A DNA stretch of 64,000 nucleotides from Caecitellus pseudoparvulus (taxonomy: Eukaryota > Protista > Bigyra: Bicosoecida): positions 1,054,001 through 1,118,000 of the forward strand of contig CBFFRQ010000069.1 in assembly GCA_965644315.1 (NCBI GenBank), in the 5' to 3' direction. The position numbers were made by a program, and so were the translations under genes. This document shows, one piece after another, positions 13,854-21,536 of this stretch; the stretch's first letter is position 1, and each line of letters opens with the position of its first letter. Below the pieces are notes generated by a model. That model worked only from the letters and a program-made list of their open reading frames with translations. It was not told the DNA's origin and did not search any database.

Positions 13854-15531
13854 ATGGCCGCTGAGCAGAGCACTAAGGTACGCCAGCCGCCCTCGCTGTG
13901 ACCGCCCTCCCCCCACTGCATGCATGGCCAAGTGTGCATTGTGTTCACAGGACCAGGAGGCTGCCCTCCTGGACTACGACGAGGATGAGGAGGCCGACAA
14001 GGGGCCTGAGGAGGCCAAGGACACGAAGTGCGTTTCCGGCCGGCGCAAGCTGGGGCAGTCTGCGCCGGCAGTCACGCGCAGACTGCCGGCGCCGTGCCAC
14101 CGCCACAGTGCCACTCCTTGACATGCCATGGTCCCCAACTTGACTGGTGGGCAGTGAACTGCAAGGATGTGTGCGAGGCGTGTGGAGGTCTGGGCTGCGG
14201 CTCGGCGACGCACGGCTGACACCCCCGCACACCACCGCGCTCGGCTCACAGGGGTGACTACATCGGCGTGAACAGCTCCAGCTTCCGGGACTTCCTGCTG
14301 AAGCCCGAGATCATGCGCTCCATCGTGGACTGCGGCTTCGAGCACCCCTCTCAGGGTGAGTTCTGCGCGCGGTCTGTGGCGTGGTGGCACACACCTCAAA
14401 TCCGCACTGCCGGGCACGCCTCTCCCCTGCGCAGTGCAGCACGAGGCCATCCCCCAGGCCCTCGTGGGCATGGACGTCCTGTGCCAAGCCAAGTCCGGCA
14501 TGGGCAAGACAGCAGTCTTCGTCCTGACCACGCTGAACGTCGTGGAGCCCCAGGACGACGCCGTGCAGGTGGTGGTGCTGTCCCACACCCGTGAGCTGGC
14601 GTACCAGATCGGCAAGGAGTACGAGCGCTTCTCCAAGTACCTGCCCGAAGTGAAGACTGTCGTGGTGTACGGCGGCGTGAAGCGCACGCAGCATGCTGCG
14701 GCGTTGAAGGAGACCAAGCCCTCCATCCTCGTCGGCACGCCTGGCCGTGTCATCGACCTCATCGAGCACAAGGAGCTGGACCTGTCCAAGGTCAAGTACT
14801 TCGTCGTGGACGAGTGCGACAAGATGCTGGAGTCCATGGACATGCGCCGCCAGGTGCAGAAGGTGTTCCTGGAGACGCCCGTGCAGAAGCAGGTGATGAT
14901 GTACAGCGCGACGCTGTCCACAGACGTCCGGGGTGTCTGCCGCAAGTTCATGAACGACCCCCTGGAGATCTTCATCGAGGACGAGCGCAAGCTGACCCTG
15001 CACGGCCTCGTGCAGTACTTCGCCAAGTTGAAGCCGGAGGAGAAGAACTTGAAGCTGACCAACCTGCTTGATGCACTCGACTTCAACCAGGTGGTCATCT
15101 TCGTCTCCACCGCCGCCCGCGCCCGGGAGCTGGACCGCCTGCTGAAGGACTGCAACTTCCCCTCCATCCACATCCACGGCGGCATGCGCCAGGAGGACCG
15201 CATCAAGCAGTACAACGCCTTCCGCACCAACCAGGCCCGCATCCTGGTGTCCACCAACCTCTTCGGCCGCGGCATTGACATCGAGCGTGTCAACATCGTC
15301 ATCAACTACGACTTCCCCTCCCAGGAGGACAAGTCTGGGGAGGCCGCCTCGGACCAGTACCTGCACCGCGTCGGGCGTGCAGGGCGCTTCGGCACCAAGG
15401 GCCTCGCCATCAGCTTCGTCTCCACCCCCGAGGACGAGAAGGCGCTGGAGGAGGTGCAGAGCCGCTTCGAGGTCAAGGTGCCTGAGCTGCCCGACAAGAT
15501 CGACACTGACGCCTACATGAAGCAGTACTGA
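13854..15531 (+). CDS. DDX39B: DECD-box RNA helicase UAP56/Sub2; 3 introns
   Basis: [51 protein letters not shown] and [13 protein letters not shown]. Confidence 0.96.
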
Positions 15532-15551
15532 GGTGGAGGGTGGCTGTCGCC

Positions 15552-15592
15552 GAATGCAGCAACTTGCGCCGTGCGCGGGAGAGTGTGCATTG
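15552..15592. terminator. Paired candidate 3'-end/polyadenylation signals between convergent UAP56 and Tctex genes
   Basis: GAATGCA (+, 15552-15558) and CAATGCA (-, 15586-15592), each about 20 nt after its own stop. Confidence 0.55.
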
Positions 15593-15611
15593 ACCACGGA
15601 CGCTGCCCCCC

Positions 15612-16201
15612 TCACTCAGTGTAGCACGCGAACAGCATGGCGCTGCACCACAGGGACTCCTGCGAGACAGCGCACGGAGCGGCAGGGTGTGTGCCTCGCG
15701 CATCAGCAAGCCCCTTCGCCGGCGCCTTACATTCTTGAAGCTGTAGGAGCTGTAGTTGTCATTGTCGGTGTCCCACAGGCACCTGCTGGCGACGCGCACT
15801 CCCTGCTTCTTCACTTCCCCCAGGGTAACCTGCACGACGTACTTGTACCGGCTCAGCGCCAAGTCTGGCGCAGAGAGGGGGGAGCGGGGTGCCAGCAGGA
15901 AACGCCAGCAGCACCAGGCGCACGCCCCGCCGCACCTTTGCAGGCTTCCTTGATGCGCTGCGTGATTTCCACCGTCCACCTCGTTTCATCTTCGTTGTTC
16001 CAAACCTTGTCTGTCAGCGACTCGTCCACGACAGCCTTGCAGATGGCGTCCCCGACACTTTTGCGAAACCTGCGCCGTTGAGAAATGTCGTGGACAGCGC
16101 TGCCACCCTGCACGCTGGGCCTCCACGCACTTCCCGTCAGGGGCTGGATCTGTGCGGTACGTTGGCTGCACCGTCACCATGCCCTCCTCCTCGTATGCCA
16201 T
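15612..16201 (-). CDS. Tctex1-domain dynein light chain (TCTEX1D2/DYNLT2B-like); multi-exon
   Basis: PTYRTDP, RYKYVVQVTLGE, QGVRVASRCLWDTDNDNY and C-terminal LWCSAMLFACYTE. Confidence 0.88.
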
Positions 16202-16423
16202 GGTGAAAGTCTGCCGCCTCGGACTGTGCGTCGGCCGGCCCCTGGCGCTGCAGTGCGCTGGCGCAGGCTGGCGTTCCCCCGGGCGCAGAGCCCCACTGCT
16301 GAGCACAGGCGGCGCACAAACACGTCCAAAGACAGCCTTGTGGCGTGTCTTGGCAGTGCGCTGTGCGGAAGTGATGAATTGGTGTGCTAGGATCGAAGTG
16401 CCGCGAGGGGCGGCTGGAGCTGC

Positions 16424-18793
16424 TCAAATGAGCTCAGCGTTCAGGTTGTCCAGGATGATGCCCTTCTTCAGCAGCGTGAGGTCATCCCCCCGCACCTGCA
16501 AGGCGGGCACGTCCCCTCGCTGCAGCTCCTCCAGCCACTTGCAGGCATAGCGCTGGCTCAGTCCCAGCACGCCGCCGTTGATGACGTAGGTGGAGATGGG
16601 GCCGGTGTCCTCGCCTGCCTCGCTGGCCTGCACTGCCTCCACCACCTCCTGGCGCCACTTGGAGCGCACGGCGCCCTCTGATTCAGCCAGCAGCGCCAGC
16701 GTCTTGTCGCACACCGTCTTTGCCTGCAGCTGCTGCTCCAGCACCCGCCCAGCAAGCCCCGCCTGCTGCACAGTCACCTCCTCCGTATCCGGCACCAACC
16801 TGCGAGCTGAATGGTCTTGCAGGTGCTGTGGCAGGGCCAACAGCTCTCGGGGGATGCGCCCGCGGACCATGAGGTTGAAGGGGACGTAGGGGGGGCAAAA
16901 GCGCTCCCTCACGTGGGCGTACAGGGCTGCCAGGGTCGTGCTCAAGTTCACGATGAGCGTCGCGGTGGGCGGCTGTGCGGGGTTGTGCAGGGGATTGAAC
17001 AAGTCCACGCGCACTTTCCCCGCGGGGGCTCCTTCATCAAAAGGCTGTACCCGCTCACCTGCAGCCGCCGACAGCGCCACGGCATCTGCCGCCCGGCGCT
17101 GCTCCGAACGCCACGCAGTGAAGGCGGCGCGGTCTGCCTCGTGTCGAGCTGCCGCCTTGGCTGCAGCACCGCGCAGATCGCTCGGATCGGCAGCAGCGCC
17201 AGGGGCAGCCGCGTCGTGTTTGCCAGCCTCGGGGCCCCAGCGCCCTGGCTGGCTGCTGTGCCTGGACAGGGCAGGGTTTGCTGAAGGCAAGCGAGAGAGG
17301 GGGACGCCGCCGGCATGGTCAACCGGGGAGCCCTGTGACGTCCCCGTGGAGGCCTGGTGTGTCAGGGGTGGCGCGGGGGGGAGAGCTGAGACATCTGCTG
17401 TGGAGATGAGGGCGGCGTCCACATCCAAGTCTGTGGCGATGGGCTTGTCGAACTTGATGCCCAGGTCCACCCAGTGCGAGCCGACCCAGGGACACACCGC
17501 CGCAGCCTCGGGTGTGACAGATGTGATGAGGAAGTGCTGTGTGTCACTGAACACCTGCACGGGGATGGTCAGCCCAGGTTGCAGAGTCGTGTAGTTTTGC
17601 AGGGCAGCCTGCAGCACCATGCTGTGGTCCACCTCCAGGGCTGCGAAAGACGACGACACCGCCTGCAGCTTCAGGGCAATGGCTCGAGGCAGCTCCACGG
17701 GCTTCAGCTGCACCTCCATGCACTGCGGCACGTGCAGCTGCGCCCACAGCCAGTCCGGGAGGATGGCCATGTTCTCTTCTGGCGCAGAGAAGGACGCGCC
17801 GCAGTACACGCGGACGCCAGACGGAGCAGTCACCTCAAATGTGAGTGCCTGGGTGCCTAGGATGGTGTCGTCGGTCAGGCGCTGCAGAATGCTGCTGTGC
17901 AGCTCGATCTTGTCCGAGTGCTCGAAGCGGTCCGGGAAGCTGTCCATCACGCCCGCCATCATGGCAAAGGTGCGGGACATGGCGATGAAGGACCGGTCGG
18001 TAGTCATGCTAGAAATCTTGGGCATGGCCACACGCCGAAGCAGGCGCGCCCTCGCCAGCTCGTGGGCGCTGGAGGGGTACTCGGAGCTGGTGCTCCAGCG
18101 CAGCTGTGGGCTGCACTGGGCGATGTGTGCGCGCAGCCAGGACAGGAGCTGCACCATGGTGAACCTTGATGACCAGCCTTCTGGGAACAGCACAGGCATG
18201 GCGGGAGCCCCCATGTCGAACCCGCCTGTGCAGGGTTGAAAGATCGGGCGCACCACTCGCAGCACCGGCGGGGCCGCAGGGTAGTCATCTGGGAAGGTCG
18301 CCTGCACCTCCACAAGCTCATGGGCTCCCTGCATGTGGCCAGCATGTCGTTTGAGCGCGTGGTCCATCTGCAACACGGTGCGAGGGGTCATGGTGTGGCA
18401 AGGGCAAGTCCCTGTGCGAAGGCGTGGTGGCGGCGAAACGCTGCTTGGCACACGCACCGACTGCCCTGCTTCGCAGTCCAGGGCAAAGTTCTGCAGGCCT
18501 ATCACCCACACAGAGGAGCTCCGACTAGATTCCCTCACTCGCACGCCGCCAATGCCCACCAGGCGGGACGCCTGCAGAAGGCTCAGCTCGGCCGCCACTC
18601 GTGGCGTGTGCTCTGTCGTTGCCCGCACTTGCTCAGCAGCAGCGGCCTCTGCATCGCCCTCGGAGTCCTCCCCTTCGTCCATGGCCTGGCTACCATACCC
18701 TACAGCCCCCGATTCATCTTTCCCGTCATCGGATGAGTCGGGAAGGTCGTACTCGTACCCGTCCTCACTCAGGAAATAGTCACTGCTGGCCAT
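16424..18793 (-). CDS. Fusion protein: UBE2Q-like pseudo-E2 domain + UFD1 (UT3) domain + UBX-like domain
   Basis: E2 fold TFPDDYPAAPPVLRVVRP...GAPAMPVLFPEGWSS. UFD1 DKIELHSSIL...YCG..F.A.E..AILPDWL...VLQAALQNYTTL...DLGIKFDKP. UBX-like TTLAALYAHV...FNL...IPR...TVQQAGL. Two short in-frame introns are likely near the 5' end. Confidence 0.8.
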   Translation of the reverse strand: MASSDYFLSEDGYEYDLPDSSDDGKDESGAVGYGSQAMDEGEDSEGDAEAAAAEQVRATTEHTPRVAAELSLLQASRLVGIGGVRVRESSRSSSVWVIGLQNFALDCEAGQSVRVPSSVSPPPRLRTGTCPCHTMTPRTVLQMDHALKRHAGHMQGAHELVEVQATFPDDYPAAPPVLRVVRPIFQPCTGGFDMGAPAMPVLFPEGWSSRFTMVQLLSWLRAHIAQCSPQLRWSTSSEYPSSAHELARARLLRRVAMPKISSMTTDRSFIAMSRTFAMMAGVMDSFPDRFEHSDKIELHSSILQRLTDDTILGTQALTFEVTAPSGVRVYCGASFSAPEENMAILPDWLWAQLHVPQCMEVQLKPVELPRAIALKLQAVSSSFAALEVDHSMVLQAALQNYTTLQPGLTIPVQVFSDTQHFLITSVTPEAAAVCPWVGSHWVDLGIKFDKPIATDLDVDAALISTADVSALPPAPPLTHQASTGTSQGSPVDHAGGVPLSRLPSANPALSRHSSQPGRWGPEAGKHDAAAPGAAADPSDLRGAAAKAAARHEADRAAFTAWRSEQRRAADAVALSAAAGERVQPFDEGAPAGKVRVDLFNPLHNPAQPPTATLIVNLSTTLAALYAHVRERFCPPYVPFNLMVRGRIPRELLALPQHLQDHSARRLVPDTEEVTVQQAGLAGRVLEQQLQAKTVCDKTLALLAESEGAVRSKWRQEVVEAVQASEAGEDTGPISTYVINGGVLGLSQRYACKWLEELQRGDVPALQVRGDDLTLLKKGIILDNLNAELI

Positions 18794-18918
18794 GCTGGAG
18801 TGCAGCGCTTGCCACGGAGCCCACGGCTGCGCTGGCGCCTCCCAGACACGACTGTGCGCAAGGGGAATGCTGCTGCCTCATGCAGTGTTGTTGACCTGGT
18901 GCGATGACATGCGTTGAA

Positions 18919-20079
18919 TTATGCTGGGAGGCCACAGTGTGCCTGAGCGTGGGGGCTGCAGTCGGCAGGGCCAGCGCTTGCTCCCTCTCCTGCCTCTGCC
19001 ACGCCACCGAAGGGGAAGCAAGGCAGGCCAAGCAAGGGCTCGCCCAGGACCAAGGCGAGCAGAAACAGCACCCACCCTGACAAGGCGCAGAGGACGACGT
19101 GCAGGTCTGCCCGCAGCAGCCCGCCACCCCGCCGCAGCACCCAAGCCTGCACGGAGGCAAGAGCAGGCTGGGGCGGCCGCTGCAGCGCCGCCTCTGCCGC
19201 AGCGCCGTGCGCACCCCACCTGTCAGCCTCATATCGATCGGCCACACGCTGTAGCACCTGCCTGAGCTGGGCCTTGAACCTGGGCCCCGCCTCCCCTGCC
19301 AGCTCGTCCACCAGGTGTGGCCCGAAAATGGAGTCAGGGTGCCGCAACGCATCCAGCGCTTCAGATGACATGTTGAGAATGGCGCCACGGGGATCCGTCG
19401 CTCCGGCTGGGAGACCCCCAGAAAGTCTGGGTGGTGGTGCCGAGGCAGGCACCCCGGCCGCTGCCTGGCGCCTGGACGCCACCTCAGCCAGTAGCCCGCC
19501 GTTGAATGGCAGGCTGGGCAGGGAGCTCCCTGAGCCGTCAAAGTCTGACAGGTCCAAGCCCAGGTGTGCATACTGAGCTTCATACTCTTGTGCTGTGAGG
19601 AACATCTCCAGCTTGTCCAGGTCCTTCACCAGGCGCCCTTCGGGGCTGCTCTTGTGCTCGTACTGCAGCCACAGTGCCTGCAGGCGCTTGCCAGCATCTG
19701 AGTGCCACCCGATCGCTGCTCGCAACGTGCGCATGGCACATGCTTCCACCACCCGTTTTGCATCCTTAGACAATCCATCTCTTGGTGTGATGTCACCCAC
19801 CAAGGCCTCCGCCATGTCGTGCACGATGGCAATTTGCACGGCCTCTGCCACGTCCAATTTCCGCTCGCAAGAGGGGCCAACAAGCACGGCAGCAATGGCC
19901 ATGCGCCAGCTGTGGTCTGCGATGGACTCTGGGTGGGGCACATGGTGCTGAAACCACCCCGTTCGCTTGTTGCTCTTCAGCAGGGACAGCAGCGTCAGGG
20001 CGTCAACGATGCCCGCAGCACTGGTGCCGGCGCTATGCCTCCAACTCCTGCCCTGGCCTGCCTTGCCAAGACCCTCCAT
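18919..20079 (-). CDS. HDDC2: HD-domain 5'-deoxynucleotidase (HDDC2/YGK1-like) with C-terminal extension and transmembrane segment
   Basis: LKSNKRTGW, ESIADHSWRM, AIVHDMAEALVGDITP and VKDLDKLEM, plus hydrophobic tail LHVVLCALSGWVLFLLALVLG. Confidence 0.85.
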   Translation of the reverse strand: MEGLGKAGQGRSWRHSAGTSAAGIVDALTLLSLLKSNKRTGWFQHHVPHPESIADHSWRMAIAAVLVGPSCERKLDVAEAVQIAIVHDMAEALVGDITPRDGLSKDAKRVVEACAMRTLRAAIGWHSDAGKRLQALWLQYEHKSSPEGRLVKDLDKLEMFLTAQEYEAQYAHLGLDLSDFDGSGSSLPSLPFNGGLLAEVASRRQAAAGVPASAPPPRLSGGLPAGATDPRGAILNMSSEALDALRHPDSIFGPHLVDELAGEAGPRFKAQLRQVLQRVADRYEADRWGAHGAAAEAALQRPPQPALASVQAWVLRRGGGLLRADLHVVLCALSGWVLFLLALVLGEPLLGLPCFPFGGVAEAGEGASAGPADCSPHAQAHCGLPA

Positions 20080-20414
20080 CCTACAGGCACCTGTCGCGCA
20101 CAGTGCCTGTAGCACCTCTCACAAACGTTGCCGTGAGTGCTGGGGTTGGAGTGGGGTGTGCTGAAGGCGCCCCAATGCTGTGCTGCAGTAGACTCCCACC
20201 CATAGCAAGCGCTTGGACTGCAGCCGAGTACGATGCAGGGGGGGAGTGTGTAAGTTAACGCAGCAGGTGCCCAGTGCAAGGCGCAGGTCGAGTGAATTCG
20301 CGGCTCAAACAGGAGGGGGCGGGGGGGTGCCAGGCTGGCGCAAGCACACGTGCTGGAAGCACCCGCCCGCTTTGCCCATGCTCAACACACGTGGGGGCGG
20401 GCCTGGATGGGGCA

Positions 20415-21050
20415 TCACTCCTCTGCGGTGGTGGCAGCCTCTGCCTCGGCCTCGACAGCCTCCGCCTCGGTCTTGGCGGCCTCCGCCTCGGTCGTGGCAG
20501 CCTCAATGTCCTCCTCCACGGCCTCCCCGACCTTCTTTGCGCCAGAGGAAGCCTCCTTCGCGGCAGCCTCACCCTCGGCGGCAGCGCCAGAGGCCTCAGC
20601 GGCGACGGCATCTGCGCCTTCAGCAGCAGCTGCTTCAGTTGTGGCGGCGGCCTCCGTGCCTTCGGTGGCGACAGCGTCGGCAGCGTCGGTGGCATCGGCC
20701 GCTGCGGAATCTGCAGCAGTGCTGGCGTCAGCTGCGGCTTCACTGGCGGCAGTCTCCCCGGCATCAGTCTTGTCCTGCACAGCAGCCTCGACGTCAGTCT
20801 TCACATCCTCGGCGGCAACTTCGCCCTGTGTGCGGCAGGAATGGGGCGGGTGGGGGCACTGTCTCGGACAAGATGCAAGTCGCTGTTGGCGTGTGTCACC
20901 ACGAGCAGCGCGCGGGAACAGCGTCGCAGCGACACGCACCTCGGCGAGTTTGGACACGACGTGAGACTCCGTAGTGTCAGCGGGGGGGGCATCCACAGGG
21001 TTGCTGCCTGCATCGCCTGCAGTTGCTGCCTTGGAGCCGCCGCAGCCCAT
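20415..21050 (-). CDS. Small N-myristoylated/palmitoylated, acidic Ala/Glu-rich disordered protein; one intron
   Basis: N-terminus MGCGGSK. Intron GTGCGT...CACAG at about 20826-20939. The body is almost entirely A/E/T/D/K with coding-like codon usage. Confidence 0.75.
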   Translation of the reverse strand: MGCGGSKAATAGDAGSNPVDAPPADTTESHVVSKLAEVRVAATLFPRAARGDTRQQRLASCPRQCPHPPHSCRTQGEVAAEDVKTDVEAAVQDKTDAGETAASEAAADASTAADSAAADATDAADAVATEGTEAAATTEAAAAEGADAVAAEASGAAAEGEAAAKEASSGAKKVGEAVEEDIEAATTEAEAAKTEAEAVEAEAEAATTAEE

Positions 21051-21536
21051 GGTGGTTCGGGTGGGAGGTGGGTGTCGCTTGCGTTGCGCCGGCCGTGTGT
21101 GGCTGGCAGAAAAGCACACGGGGTCGGGGGACGCGGAGCCTGGTGAGGGAGGTTTGACGGCGAACAGGACTGGGAAGTGGGTGTAGGTGGAGCGGTTAAT
21201 TTGGCAATTCACTTCAGCTTTGCGGAGTTCGCGCGCGGGGGGTGCGCAAGTGCGGGTGCGTTGAGGGGGGGTGAGCCAACTCTGCCGCGGTTAGCTGGCC
21301 GCGCTGGCACCGCCGAAACGAGCGTGCGCGCCGCGTCAAGGCCGCAAAGCACGCTGCTGCACACAAATAAGTCGCTGTGGCGAGCCCTCGCCGTCTGTCA
21401 GGGCCATGCCCGAATTTCAGTTCGACCCACCTTTCAAACACTGAGGAGCGGAAATTGGACCACGCGCACTTCCTCCTCTGCTGCCCTCCCAGCCACGCTG
21501 CGGGGCGCACTACGGGGCCATCCACCGCCCAGTAGC

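Noticed and set aside
10572-18793. Idea that the divergent CDC48 plus UFD1/E2 are SELMA (plastid ERAD-like import) components
   Set aside because: SELMA proteins carry bipartite signal/transit leaders. Both N-termini here (MAASGDAPSV..., MASSDYFLSEDG...) are hydrophilic or acidic with no signal peptide.
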